A stretch of 64,000 bases of DNA from Minisyncoccota bacterium (GCA_035546615.1 DASZWM010000002.1:32001-96000); one strand, 5' to 3'. Counted from the stretch's first letter, positions 8,382-20,557 are shown. Program-made: numbers and translations. The notes: generated by a model from the letters alone, not told the origin.

Positions 8382-9902
8382 CTATTTGTATACGATCGTA
8401 AACGCCTGGAGAATATCACCGGCAGCCGGTTCGGCCTGCGTTTTTATCTGCGCGCCGAATTCGTTTCCGGCCTCTACCTTTTTAGTAGGCGCCTTCTGCG
8501 TCTGGAGGCTTACGACCGTGCCGCGCCCGAGCTCCATGTCGCGGCGCATGATCTTCACTTCCTCGCCCTGTATCAATTCGCCCTCCTCGACGCGGCCGCC
8601 GAGTATCACTTTGCCTTTGGCCGTGCTGAATACCTTGAGCACTTTGGCGGTGCCGGTGGCTTCCTCAGCACGCTCCTGCGGCACACGCTTCCGGATTTCC
8701 TCCCCAAGCCATTCGGATAATTTGTAGATGATGTCAAAGAGGCCTATCGAGACGCCAAGGCGGTCGGCCAAATCGCGCGCGACGCCTTCGGCCTTCACGT
8801 TGAAGCCGACCACAAGGCCCGGCGGCGTGCCGGAGCCCGCGAGCTTCACGTCCGATTCCGATATGGGGCCCACCGCCTTCGAGACGATGCGCACTTCGAG
8901 GCGCTCGTCTTGCGGCAATTTCTCAAGCTCGTGCATGACCGCGTCGGCGGTGCCGGCTACGTCGGTTTTGATGACGAGCGGGAGTATGATGTGCGTCTTT
9001 TCCTCCTCGCCCTCGACGGTCTGCTGCTGGGCGGCGCGCGCAGGAGGCGCTTTGACCGGCGTCACGGCCGCCTCTTCCGCCTCTTTCTTCGATTTCACCG
9101 CGCGCCACTTGGCGCCCACTGCCGGAAGTATTGAAAAGCCCACGATGCCGATGGCGCTCCCGGCCGAAGCTTCCTTGATAGGCTTGCCGAGGAAATTTTC
9201 CATGATGCGCACGGGCGCGGTCGCGGCTCCGGAGACGATATGCTCGCCGCTGTGGATAGTGCCGTTTTGCACAATAAGTGTAGCGGTATTGCCGCGGCGG
9301 TTGTCGACATGCGCTTCTATGACAAGCCCTTCGGCTGCGGCGTTCGGATCAGCAGTGATTCCTTCAAGCTCGCCGGCAAGCAAAATAAGGTCGAGCAGTT
9401 CAGGAATGCCTTCGCCGGTTTTGCCGGACACGGGGATGTAGGGGACGCTGCCGCCCAGGCCCTCGAGATATATATTGTGTTCAAGCAGAGACATCTTCGC
9501 TTTCTCGACATTGGCGCCTGGCTTGTCGACTTTCGTGAGCGCTACAACGTACGGGATCTTCGTCTCCTCGATAAGTTTCAGCGCTTCGACCGTCTGCGGT
9601 TTGACGCCTTCTTCGGCGGATACAACGAGTATCGCGACGTCGGCGACTTCGAGACCGCGCGAGCGCATCGCCTTGAACGCCTCGTGGCCCGGCGTGTCGA
9701 GGAAGGTAATGCGGTGTTCGCCGGTCGCATTTTTGTGGACGGCTTCGTAGGCCGAAAGATGCTGGGTGATGCCGCCCGCTTCGCCGGCCACGACGTTGGT
9801 TTTGCGGATATAGTCAAGAAGCGTCGACTTGCCGTGGTCGATGTGTCCTACAATAGCAACGATAGGGGGCCGCGCCCCCGCTGTGGGCTTCTGTTCAGGC
9901 AT
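8382..9902 (-). CDS. infB: translation initiation factor IF-2 (short form)
   Basis: G-domain motifs GHIDHGKST, DTPGH, NKVD; C-terminal IF-2 beta-barrel domains. Confidence 0.9.
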   Translation of the reverse strand: MPEQKPTAGARPPIVAIVGHIDHGKSTLLDYIRKTNVVAGEAGGITQHLSAYEAVHKNATGEHRITFLDTPGHEAFKAMRSRGLEVADVAILVVSAEEGVKPQTVEALKLIEETKIPYVVALTKVDKPGANVEKAKMSLLEHNIYLEGLGGSVPYIPVSGKTGEGIPELLDLILLAGELEGITADPNAAAEGLVIEAHVDNRRGNTATLIVQNGTIHSGEHIVSGAATAPVRIMENFLGKPIKEASAGSAIGIVGFSILPAVGAKWRAVKSKKEAEEAAVTPVKAPPARAAQQQTVEGEEEKTHIILPLVIKTDVAGTADAVMHELEKLPQDERLEVRIVSKAVGPISESDVKLAGSGTPPGLVVGFNVKAEGVARDLADRLGVSIGLFDIIYKLSEWLGEEIRKRVPQERAEEATGTAKVLKVFSTAKGKVILGGRVEEGELIQGEEVKIMRRDMELGRGTVVSLQTQKAPTKKVEAGNEFGAQIKTQAEPAAGDILQAFTIVYK

Positions 9903-9936
9903 ACTCAGAGGCAGTATATAGTAGATTAGACAAAGT

Positions 9937-11127
9937 ATGAAGTTATGGCAAAAAAATATCTATGCCGACGCGGCGGCGGCAACGCCGGTGTCCGGCGAGG
10001 TGCGGCGCGAGCTTGTACGCCTGCTGGGGCTTTTTGGCAACCCCGGCGGGCTCCATGCGGAAGCTAACGAGGCCAAACGCGAGCTGGATGCCGCGCGAGA
10101 GCGGACCGCGGCGGCAATCGGCGCGCATGCGGACGAAATAGTCTTCACCTCGGGCGGAACGGAAGCGAACAATCTCGCGGTTTTCGGGGCCCTGCGGCGG
10201 ATGCTGCGCGTGGGGGAGGACGTGCATGCGATAACAAGCGCGATAGAGCACTCGTCGGTGCTGGAGCCCCTGCGCGCGCTTGAAAAAGAGGGTCTGCGGC
10301 TTACGGAGCTTCCGGTCGATATGAGCGGATTCGTGTCGCACAAGGATCTGCGCGAAGCGCTGGAGGCGCGCACGGTCTTTGTTTCCATACAAATGGTCAA
10401 CAGCGAAGTGGGTACCGTGCAGGACATCCGCGAGCTTGCCAAAGAGATCCGGCACCAGCGCAAGGCGCGCGAAGGCGTAGGCGCGCCGCTGTATTTCCAT
10501 ACCGACGCCGCGCAGGCGCCGCTGTGGCTCCCTCTTAATGTCGAAAAGCTCGGCGTCGATCTGCTGACGCTGGACGCGCAAAAAATGCTTGGCCCCAAGG
10601 GCGCGGGGCTTTTGTACGTCCGCCGGGGCACCCGGCTGGAGCCGCATATATGTGGAGGGGGACAGGAGCGCGGATTGCGCAGCGGCACCGAGAACGTCGC
10701 AATGGCCGGGGCATGCGCGCTCGCGCTTTTGCGGGCGCAGGAAGCCGCCGAAGCCCGGGCAGAAAAGATATCACGCGTACAGGACTATCTATTGGAATCG
10801 ATACAGAAACTCCTTCCGGGAGTAATGCTCAACGGCCCAAAGGGGGAAGGCCGGATAGCGAACAACATCAATATTTCCCTGCCGAACCTGAACGGCGACA
10901 TGGCGGTTGTTGCCATGAGCGCGCAAGGCGTGGCCATTTCCACACGCTCGGCGTGCGATACCGACGACGAGGCCCCTTCGCATGTGCTTCAGGGGATCGG
11001 AGTCTTGCCGGAGAGGGCAAAAAATACCGTCCGCATCGCGCTTTTGCCCGACGCGACGCGACGCGACGCCCGATGCATTGCCCGGACGCTTTTTAAAGTC
11101 GCAGCGCGATACGCTAAGACGCCGTAG
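9937..11127 (+). CDS. cysteine desulfurase (class V aminotransferase, IscS/NifS family)
   Basis: HTDAAQA and LDAQKMLGPKGAGLLYV (PLP-lysine region) and the SACD C-terminal segment. Confidence 0.85.
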   Translation: MKLWQKNIYADAAAATPVSGEVRRELVRLLGLFGNPGGLHAEANEAKRELDAARERTAAAIGAHADEIVFTSGGTEANNLAVFGALRRMLRVGEDVHAITSAIEHSSVLEPLRALEKEGLRLTELPVDMSGFVSHKDLREALEARTVFVSIQMVNSEVGTVQDIRELAKEIRHQRKAREGVGAPLYFHTDAAQAPLWLPLNVEKLGVDLLTLDAQKMLGPKGAGLLYVRRGTRLEPHICGGGQERGLRSGTENVAMAGACALALLRAQEAAEARAEKISRVQDYLLESIQKLLPGVMLNGPKGEGRIANNINISLPNLNGDMAVVAMSAQGVAISTRSACDTDDEAPSHVLQGIGVLPERAKNTVRIALLPDATRRDARCIARTLFKVAARYAKTP

Positions 11128-11169
11128 CACTGGCAAATCCGCGCTTAAGTGCTATAATATCCAGTAAGT

Positions 11170-11934
11170 ATGGATCTCGAAAAGCTGACAAAACACCAAA
11201 TCGTCCTCCTAACCCTCCTGGTGTCCTTCGTCACGTCCATCGCTACCGGCATCGTTACCGTTTCCCTTATGGACCAGGCGCCGGCGGGCGTGACTCGGGT
11301 GGTGAATCAGATAGTCGAGCATACGGTAGAGAAGGTCGTGCCGGCCACGCAAAGCGCCGCCGCGATAACGACCACGGAAAAGACGGTTGTGGTGAAGGAC
11401 GACGACCTGGCCGCGCAGTCGATAGCGAAAGTGCAGAAGTCGATAGCGCGCGTGGTGCTTCCGGGCGGAAACGTTCTGGTCTCCCGCGGGATTATTATCG
11501 ATGCCAAGGGGACCGTGCTCGCCGACAAGGCGGCGCTTGCCGCGGCGAACGTTCGGAACTTCGAAGTCCTGCTGCCGGACGGGACCCGCGCTTCGGCCAA
11601 GTGGCGCGACCCGAAGGCAACCTCGACGCTCGCGACGCTGGATGTGAACGTCGGCACCTCGACCGGCTTCGCGCCGGCAACGATAGCCGACTCGAGTAAG
11701 CTTGCCCTGGGCCAATCCGTCATTCGCATAGGCGGAACGGGCGGCGACCAGGTAGGCACCGGTGTTGTTGCCTCGCTTCCCGGGGGCGCGGCGCATTCGG
11801 TGGACGCGAGCATTTCCTCGGCTACTCCCGGCTCGCTGCTTATGACTTTATTCGGCGAAGTCGTCGGCCTCTCGACCACGGCCGCGATACAAGCCGGCGG
11901 CAGCCTTTACACGACACTCTCGCTACCAAGCTAA
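11170..11934 (+). CDS. hypothetical membrane-anchored protein, possibly degenerate trypsin-like fold
   Basis: N-terminal TM; weak resemblance to HtrA-type protease cores but no GDSGG motif. Confidence 0.3.
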   Translation: MDLEKLTKHQIVLLTLLVSFVTSIATGIVTVSLMDQAPAGVTRVVNQIVEHTVEKVVPATQSAAAITTTEKTVVVKDDDLAAQSIAKVQKSIARVVLPGGNVLVSRGIIIDAKGTVLADKAALAAANVRNFEVLLPDGTRASAKWRDPKATSTLATLDVNVGTSTGFAPATIADSSKLALGQSVIRIGGTGGDQVGTGVVASLPGGAAHSVDASISSATPGSLLMTLFGEVVGLSTTAAIQAGGSLYTTLSLPS

Positions 11935-11947
11935 CTACTAAAAAACC

Positions 11948-14647
<2,700 letters not shown>

Positions 14648-14664
14648 AAAGAAAAAGCGGAGCC

Positions 14665-14695
14665 CGTCGCGCATCGAAAAATGCGCGACGGGCTT
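14665..14695. terminator. putative bidirectional terminator
   Basis: Hairpin cccgtcgcgcatcgaaaaatgcgcgacggg between clpB and the convergent GNAT gene. Confidence 0.45.
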
Positions 14696-15053
14696 ATGCG
14701 TGGTGGTATAGGAAATCATTCGTGACGTTCCCGACCCTGGAGAACCTGTTCTTTTCCCAGAATCGCTCGCTTTGGCGCTGGACTTGCACGGCGCGAATGT
14801 CCCGCAATCCGGCCTCCCAGGCTTGTTCGAGCAGTACAGCCAGCGCTTGGCTCCCGAAGCCGCGTCCATATGCCGTATGGGGTATGACGGTCATATTGGT
14901 AATGACCAGGTCGGCCCCGGTCTGCCGGTCGTTGAACACGATGCGGATGTGCGCCCGCACGGCGTTAGGGAAGGGAAAATGCAGGATGTATGCTTCTTCC
15001 GCGCGGTCGTCGGGTTCGATCTCGCAATACTCAGCCAGCTTCTTGATCAGCAT
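14694..15053 (-). CDS. GNAT family N-acetyltransferase
   Basis: Acetyl-CoA binding motif GRGFGSQAL; 119 aa. Confidence 0.7.
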   Translation of the reverse strand: MLIKKLAEYCEIEPDDRAEEAYILHFPFPNAVRAHIRIVFNDRQTGADLVITNMTVIPHTAYGRGFGSQALAVLLEQAWEAGLRDIRAVQVQRQSERFWEKNRFSRVGNVTNDFLYHHA

Positions 15054-15061
15054 GGTCCCTC

Positions 15062-15301
15062 CTAGTGTTTCGGTTGGGTTTTGGCGTAGAGCATGACCGC
15101 AACGGCATATACGGCCGTTAGGGTCGGCGCGCCCGTGGGGTACGTCTTCACCGCATGCTTGCCCTGATTGATCTCCTCAAGCGCCCGCTCGATGTATTCT
15201 CGCGGAACAGGAGTATCTCCCCGGCCTTGCGCCGTATCCTCGACTAGTTTTACCATGTCCGACATCCGCAGATTCTCCTTACTAACGCGTTCTGCCTCCA
15301 A
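15062..15301 (-). CDS. hypothetical protein (79 aa)
   Basis: ORF lying just upstream of the GNAT gene on the same strand. Confidence 0.3.
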   Translation of the reverse strand: MEAERVSKENLRMSDMVKLVEDTAQGRGDTPVPREYIERALEEINQGKHAVKTYPTGAPTLTAVYAVAVMLYAKTQPKH

Positions 15302-15416
15302 AATGCACTATACGGCACCGGAGCGGAATGGGAAAGGCGAGACAGTTTTATAGTGGATAGAATAGTGGACCAAGATAGAAAAAGCTGGCAATAAGCCAGC
15401 AGTTTCTTTTTTAGTG

Positions 15417-15553
15417 CGCCGGGGAGGAATCGGTCAGGAATAAAGTGTTCGCCGTCGCGAATACTTTTTCACGACCCTGCCTCGCTCCCGCATCTGGTGA
15501 TGCGGGGCCCGCTCCGGCTTGCGAATCCTCACGCAAGGTATCCCATACCTTGC
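15417..15553 (-). repeat. structured repeat family F2, copy B (immediately 3' of tRNA-Tyr)
   Basis: Same architecture as copies A and C: hairpin gcaaggtat-CCC-ataccttgc (plus-strand text), core GGATTCGCAAGCCGGAGCGGGCCCC...GGGAGCGAGGCAGGGTCGTG, hairpin with GACG loop, tail CCTGACCGATTCC. Confidence 0.65.
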
Positions 15554-15611
15554 TCCCGCGCAGCACATAACGCAAAAAGTCCTAGCAAGAGCTAAGACTT
15601 TTTGACGTTTG

Positions 15612-15694
15612 TGCGCCGGGGAGGATTCGAACCTCCGTAGCCCGAAGGCGACAGGTTTACAGCCTGTTGTAATTGACCACTCTACCACCGACGC
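15612..15694 (-). tRNA. tRNA-Tyr(GTA)
   Basis: Reverse complement GCGTCGGTGGTAGAGTGGTCAATTACAACAGGCTGTAAACCTGTCGCCTTCGGGCTACGGAGGTTCGAATCCTCCCCGGCGCA; long variable arm. Confidence 0.85.
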
Positions 15695-15735
15695 GTTTCA
15701 ATAGAACGTTCTTACTTTACACTGTTTGCTTTTCC

Positions 15736-15766
15736 TTGTCAGCAGGCGAAAATTGGGTGCTACAAT
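15736..15766 (+). promoter_or_regulatory. putative sigma70-like promoter (TTGTCA...TACAAT); the transcript may be leaderless
   Basis: ttgtca-19nt-tacaat ending 6 nt before the ATG at 15773. Confidence 0.3.
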
Positions 15767-15772
15767 ATTGGC

Positions 15773-16873
15773 ATGCGCAATAGGGGTGCCGTACTCATAT
15801 TTGCGGGAGGGCTGCTCTTTACCCTCTTGCCGTTTATCGCCTCGGCCGCCGGGATTGTTCCATGTGGCGATACCACGGGCCTTGCGCCAGGTACTCCTCA
15901 GTATTACGCGGCCGCAACAAGTTGTCAGGCATGCAGCGTAATTCAACTGATTCAGACCCTTATTAACTTCATGATAGGACTCTCCATTCCTATCGCGATG
16001 GCGCTCTTCGCCTGGGCCGGCGTCCTGTATTTTACAGCCGCTACCAAGGAGGAGAATATATCAAAGGCAAAGAGCATTTTCCGCAGCGTATTTGTCGGAT
16101 TCATCATAGTTCTCGGCGCATACCTTATGGTAGAGACGCTCCTGCACGCCATTCTTAATCAGGATTACTTTACCGGCTGGAACAAGATCGAATGCGTTGA
16201 TAATACCAAGCGCCCAACCCAGGGCACGCTCGGTCAACTGATAAATGAAGTAATAGGCCATCCGGAAGATTCTTTAGTTGTTGGGAAGGCTCCTGTCGCG
16301 GTAAGCGATCCGTCTACATGTACCGGCAAACTGAGCTACGACAGCTCTATCAATCAGTATTACTGCTTGAATACAGTCAGCGGCATGGTCAGTCAAACAG
16401 GCTCTGGACAGTGTGCGCCCGGCAGCATACAAGCTGCTGCTGCGGCGGGAGGATATCCCATTACACCAGCACAAGCTCAGACCTTTTCCTGCCTTGCGGC
16501 TCCGGAAAGCGGTTGCCAAGGGAATCCTGGCCAAGCCAGGACGCCGACCGGCGACCCGACAAGCGCTTCCGGCCATTTTCAGATCGTCCTTGGCCTCAAT
16601 GATCAGTGTCATAATCTGAATATTCCTGCATGCACCCAGGCTGCGCAAGCAGCCGGCTATTCGGTAAGCGGGAATCTCAATTGCTCCAGCCACTTCAGGG
16701 GAGGCGTTCCTATAGACGCAGTAGGACAGGCATGCAAGGCGGCGGCAAGCAACTTTACCTGCAATGCTTCGGCTGCGGCTTGTCTGGTAACGCAGAATCC
16801 AAGCTTTAGCGACTGGACGGCGGACCCTCGCAGCAGTTCACAGAAATCATGCGTCAATACGTATAATCATTAG
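15773..16873 (+). CDS. TrbC/VirB2-like pilin domain fused to a large Cys-rich C-terminal extracellular domain
   Basis: N-terminal 130 aa paralogous to 3305..3787 (C..C, IPIAMALFAWAG, ISKAKS, two TM helices), followed by about 230 aa with many Cys/Gly/Ala/Ser. Confidence 0.5.
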   Translation: MRNRGAVLIFAGGLLFTLLPFIASAAGIVPCGDTTGLAPGTPQYYAAATSCQACSVIQLIQTLINFMIGLSIPIAMALFAWAGVLYFTAATKEENISKAKSIFRSVFVGFIIVLGAYLMVETLLHAILNQDYFTGWNKIECVDNTKRPTQGTLGQLINEVIGHPEDSLVVGKAPVAVSDPSTCTGKLSYDSSINQYYCLNTVSGMVSQTGSGQCAPGSIQAAAAAGGYPITPAQAQTFSCLAAPESGCQGNPGQARTPTGDPTSASGHFQIVLGLNDQCHNLNIPACTQAAQAAGYSVSGNLNCSSHFRGGVPIDAVGQACKAAASNFTCNASAAACLVTQNPSFSDWTADPRSSSQKSCVNTYNH

Positions 16874-16876
16874 GAT

Positions 16877-17485
16877 ATGAAAAGCACTACTCTATATGGA
16901 CTTATAGGATTGGGGGTCATCGCAGTGCTTTTTGCGGGCATATGGATCTGGCGCACGACGTCCGCTGCGCCTGCGGAACAAATTCCCTCCAATGACGGAA
17001 CCCCGGTATCCATCGGCGGAAATTCCTCTTCTGTAAATGTTCCGGTAAACCCGTCAAATCCATCTTCCGGCAGGGATACGGAGCCGACTATCTCAATTAG
17101 CGGTCAAAACGGAAGTTCTTTCGTAACGAAAGACTTCATCCATAACGGGGAGACCGCTTCTGACGTGGTAAATCCGGGCAATTACTATCTGGCAGGCTCT
17201 ATCGGATACTGCCTTGCTGACGGCAGATGTCCGGCAGGAGCCACCACTACGGATTTTAACGTGAGCTATGACAGCAACCACAGCTCATTCAGTATATTGT
17301 TGCTGGAAGAACCGCTGGGCCAATCCCGACTCCATGCCGAAACATTCCTTGAGGAAAAGCTCGGCCTTACGGAGGCTCAATTGTGCGGCCTCAATTATTG
17401 GCTGGGCACGACCTATTGGGTAAACGAGATCTACGCCGGCAAGAACCTCGGATTCAGCTTCTGCCCGGGCGCGACCCAGCTCTAG
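16877..17485 (+). CDS. hypothetical membrane-anchored extracellular protein
   Basis: N-terminal TM and a Ser/Asn/Pro-rich linker; translationally coupled to the upstream gene. Confidence 0.4.
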   Translation: MKSTTLYGLIGLGVIAVLFAGIWIWRTTSAAPAEQIPSNDGTPVSIGGNSSSVNVPVNPSNPSSGRDTEPTISISGQNGSSFVTKDFIHNGETASDVVNPGNYYLAGSIGYCLADGRCPAGATTTDFNVSYDSNHSSFSILLLEEPLGQSRLHAETFLEEKLGLTEAQLCGLNYWLGTTYWVNEIYAGKNLGFSFCPGATQL

Positions 17486-17544
17486 GATGGTCCTGGCGCG
17501 CCTGGGTTGCGCAAAAGGCCCTTATACGGTATAGTCTTCTGGTC

Positions 17545-17703
17545 ATGTCACAAGATAGGCTTATACGGCTCGCCTGCACCAAGTGCAAGCGCATAAACTA
17601 CTGGTCTTCCAAGAATAAGAAGCTGGTGACCCGCAAGATAGAGCTCAAGAAGTGGTGCAAATGGTGCCGGGCTCAAACCGTGCACAAAGAGGCAAAAAAG
17701 TAG
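17545..17703 (+). CDS. rpmG: 50S ribosomal protein L33
   Basis: 52 aa: MSQDRLIRLACTKCKRINYWSSKNKK...LKKWCKWCRAQTVHKEAKK, the CxxC...CxxC zinc-ribbon form of L33. The track's longer ORF 17383..17703 is an upstream extension. Confidence 0.8.
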   Translation: MSQDRLIRLACTKCKRINYWSSKNKKLVTRKIELKKWCKWCRAQTVHKEAKK

Positions 17704-17718
17704 TATCCTAAGCCGTAC

Positions 17719-17789
17719 GGGCCTATAGTTTAACGGTAGAACGTCGGTCTCCAAAACCGTCGGTCGAGGTTCAATTCCTCGTGGGCCCG
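17719..17789 (+). tRNA. tRNA-Trp(CCA)
   Basis: GGGCCTATAGTTTAACGGTAGAACGTCGGTCTCCAAAACCGTCGGTCGAGGTTCAATTCCTCGTGGGCCCG; anticodon CCA, discriminator G. Confidence 0.8.
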
Positions 17790-17828
17790 CAAAAGACGCA
17801 AAATGCAACCTTCGTTGCTTTTTGTGCG

Positions 17829-17945
17829 TTGCGGGAGACGGAGCGATGCCGCGCAATGGCGCGGCCGCGAGTCGGGGTCGCGAAAATTTTTTGCGACGGC
17901 AAAAAGTTATTTGTGACCGCTCAAAAATTTTTTTGCGAGCCGCAT
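17829..17945 (+). repeat. structured repeat family F1, copy 2 (3' of tRNA-Trp; its 3' part overlaps the miaA stop region)
   Basis: Hairpin gccgcgc-aatg-gcgcggc, GAGTCGGGGTCGCGAAA, hairpin aattttttgc-GACG-gcaaaaagtt, TATTTGTGACC, gcgagccgc after a T-run. Confidence 0.6.
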
Positions 17946-18800
17946 AGCCTTCGCTTTGTTCCCGATCCAGATAATGTCCTTGTTCCGCTTGAACCAGCGC
18001 ATCTGGCGCTTGGCATAATCCCAGTTTCCCCGTTCTATTTCCGCTACAAGCGCCTCTTTGTTCAGCAAGCCTTGCAGATACTGCGCAAGAGAACGGTATT
18101 CAAGCCCCAGCTCATGCATGCGCTTGTATGACACTCCTGCCTTGTGCAAACGTTTTGCTTCCATCACCATGCCTGCTTTCATGCGCCGGATGGTGCGAAG
18201 ATGGATATTTTTCTTGAGCTTTTTCTCATCTGGCGCCAGCCCCAGCCACAGGACGTCATATTTCTGTTCAGGCTTGGGTAGAGGGCTTTTGCCGATAGCC
18301 TTGGCTATCTCTATCGCGCGTATGATACGCCGCTTGTGTCCGGGTTCAATAGTGCCAGCGCGGCGCAGGTCGAGCTTTTTAAGAATTGACAGCAGCTCTT
18401 CGGCGCTCTTTTTCTCGAGCCGCGCACGAAGTGCGGGGTTAGGCGCCACATTGGGCATAGTCATGCGGCCCAGGAGCATATCGATATACAGCCCCGTTCC
18501 ACCAACTACTATGGGGAAAGTATGATATATCATACTTTTTTCGATCACGTTTTGCGCCTTCTTTACGAAGTCGTCGACGGAGAACTGCCTTTTAGGCGAC
18601 GCGACGTTGAGCAGGTGGTGGGGGATGCCGGCCATCTCTTTTTTTGTAACTTTGCCGGTCGCAATATCGAGGCCGCGGTAGACTTGCCGCGAGTCGGCGG
18701 AGATTATCTCGCCGCCCAACTTTTGCGCAAGAAAAATACCAAGGGCGCTCTTGCCCGAAGCGGTCGGTCCGACTATAGCGATAACTTTAGGCTTTGACAT
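17907..18800 (-). CDS. miaA: tRNA dimethylallyltransferase
   Basis: P-loop GPTASGKS and the IISADSRQVYRGLDIATGK motif. Confidence 0.9.
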   Translation of the reverse strand: MSKPKVIAIVGPTASGKSALGIFLAQKLGGEIISADSRQVYRGLDIATGKVTKKEMAGIPHHLLNVASPKRQFSVDDFVKKAQNVIEKSMIYHTFPIVVGGTGLYIDMLLGRMTMPNVAPNPALRARLEKKSAEELLSILKKLDLRRAGTIEPGHKRRIIRAIEIAKAIGKSPLPKPEQKYDVLWLGLAPDEKKLKKNIHLRTIRRMKAGMVMEAKRLHKAGVSYKRMHELGLEYRSLAQYLQGLLNKEALVAEIERGNWDYAKRQMRWFKRNKDIIWIGNKAKAMRLAKKFLSGHK

Positions 18801-18898
18801 CTCGACACTTTTACACTGTTTGTATAAAAAGGGAAGAGAAGCTAGAATGCCCTCGGCTCGTACAAAGTACTGTACGGCAGCAATACGGAGGTGTATCA

Positions 18899-19630
18899 GT
18901 GAAAGACATAGGAAGGAAAGCGATAATCCTTGCTCTAGACGAGCTTACGCTCGACCAGGCCTTGGAACTCTGCTCCAAAGTGGGCGACCGGATATTTGCC
19001 GTTAAGGGCCACAGTATTGTGGACCACTACGGCCCCGGTGTCGTTTCGCAGCTTCTCCAAGCGGGCGCTCCGCAATTTTGGGAAGATGCCAAACTTCTCG
19101 ATATCCCGAACACGGTGCGGCTGCGCGCTCAAGCAATCGCTTCGTCGGGCGTCAACATACTTACCCTGCAAGCAGAGGGAGAAATCGAAATGATGCTGGC
19201 CGGCCGCAAGGGCGGGTCTGGCATGAAGCTCTACGCCATTACCGTGCTAACCTCGCTCTCCGAAGAAGAAGTGCAGCTCCAGTCCGGACACTCGGTGAAA
19301 GCGACGGTGCTCTACCGCGCGCGTCTTGCCAAGCTGGCGGGAATGGACGGCATCGTTTGTTCGCCTCAGGAAGTTGAGCTCATTGCGAAACGCCCCGAGC
19401 TAAATGGGCTTGAGATCGTCGTTCCCGGCAGCAGATCTGCCGGCAAGGACCATGGCGACCAAAAGCGGGTCGGCACGCCAACGGCAGTGATCAAAGCGGC
19501 AGGCGATCGGCTTGCACGTCTGGTTATTGGGCGGCAAGTTACGCAGGCTTCCGACCCGATTGCTGCCCTTGAAGAACTCGAAGCCGAGATTGCAGCGGCG
19601 ATCAAAGAGAAGGAAGCAGGAGTACCATGA
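18899..19630 (+). CDS. pyrF: orotidine 5'-phosphate decarboxylase
   Basis: ALD..T...A, KLLDIPNTV motif; GTG start at 18899 preceded by a ggagg RBS. The track ORF starts further upstream. Confidence 0.75.
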   Translation: MKDIGRKAIILALDELTLDQALELCSKVGDRIFAVKGHSIVDHYGPGVVSQLLQAGAPQFWEDAKLLDIPNTVRLRAQAIASSGVNILTLQAEGEIEMMLAGRKGGSGMKLYAITVLTSLSEEEVQLQSGHSVKATVLYRARLAKLAGMDGIVCSPQEVELIAKRPELNGLEIVVPGSRSAGKDHGDQKRVGTPTAVIKAAGDRLARLVIGRQVTQASDPIAALEELEAEIAAAIKEKEAGVP

Positions 19631-20343
19631 TACACGCTACGGACGTTCTCAAAATGGGTCTCCCGGAACTTCGTAAGCTGCAGGTGGACGACTTTGGTGT
19701 CCTCATGTCGCGAGCGGAGTTCGACCACATCCTCGAGACATGCCAGGCCCTCTGGCTCCACTCCGGGAAGCCACAGGACCCGCACGCACTTCTCACCAGT
19801 CTTCGGCACAGTGACGGGTTCGTCGACACGCTCCGAATGCTCCGGTATGCCAACCTGTGCATGATCATGGCCCAGCAGGTCGTGCTCAGGTTGCAGGAGT
19901 GCTACGACGACCGGGTCGATTGGGTCATCGGCTCCGACCACGCAGGCGCGACGCTCTCGTTTGCGGTTGCGTACCTGCTGGGTGCCAAGCACGACTTCAG
20001 CGAAAAAGACCCGAAGAACGACAAGAAACAGATCTGGAAGCGCTTCGAGATCGAACCGGGCGAAGTCGTCCTCCAGGTGGAGGAACTTGTAACCACTACG
20101 CAGACCCTGCACGCGGTGCGGGACGCTATCCGCGCCGGCAACTCGACACCGGTCCAGTTTGCGCCGATTGTCATGACGCTGGTCCACCGCTCCGATACCC
20201 TAGAGTTTGAGGGCGGACCGATCGGCCACGTCGTGCATTACGACATCAAGAGCTGGACAGCGGAAGAATGTCCTCTGTGCGCAGGGGGCTCGAAGGTACT
20301 TCCGCCGAAGAAGAATTGGTTGGAACTCACCCGGAAGGAATGA
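19627..20343 (+). CDS. phosphoribosyltransferase-like protein (possible orotate PRTase)
   Basis: PRPP-binding-like VVLQVEELVTTTQTL; start overlaps the pyrF stop by 4 bp. Confidence 0.4.
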   Translation: MIHATDVLKMGLPELRKLQVDDFGVLMSRAEFDHILETCQALWLHSGKPQDPHALLTSLRHSDGFVDTLRMLRYANLCMIMAQQVVLRLQECYDDRVDWVIGSDHAGATLSFAVAYLLGAKHDFSEKDPKNDKKQIWKRFEIEPGEVVLQVEELVTTTQTLHAVRDAIRAGNSTPVQFAPIVMTLVHRSDTLEFEGGPIGHVVHYDIKSWTAEECPLCAGGSKVLPPKKNWLELTRKE

Positions 20344-20352
20344 TATGCAAGA

Positions 20353-20390
20353 TCGAGGGTGTACGCGAATTGTCTCGCGCACACCCTTTT
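20353..20390 (+). terminator. putative intrinsic terminator
   Basis: gggtgtacgcgaattgtctcgcgcacaccc followed by tttt. Confidence 0.4.
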
Positions 20391-20557
20391 GCTTTTTATG
20401 GCGGGGGGAATCGGCTACCACGTAGCCAGGTACTTTTCGATCTCGATGACTCGATAACGAAAAGTCTTTCGATTCTCCCATGGAAGCAAATCAATTTGCT
20501 TCCTCCCCGGACTCCAGACAGAAAAAGAGCCGGGCGGTAAGCCTGGCCTGTTTTCTG

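Noticed and set aside
11023-11045. Tandem GCGAC pentamer repeat (gacgcgacgcgacgcgacgcc)
   Set aside because: Lies inside the cysteine desulfurase coding sequence (encodes DATRRDA). It is a short coding microsatellite, not a CRISPR or regulatory repeat.
15434-15688. ORFs 15434..15688(-) and 38820..39104(+) sharing the peptide RKPER.PH.QMRERGRVV
   Set aside because: The shared peptide comes from translating the F2 nucleotide repeat. Both ORFs overlap tRNA genes (Tyr, Gln) and structured hairpins, so they are not coding.
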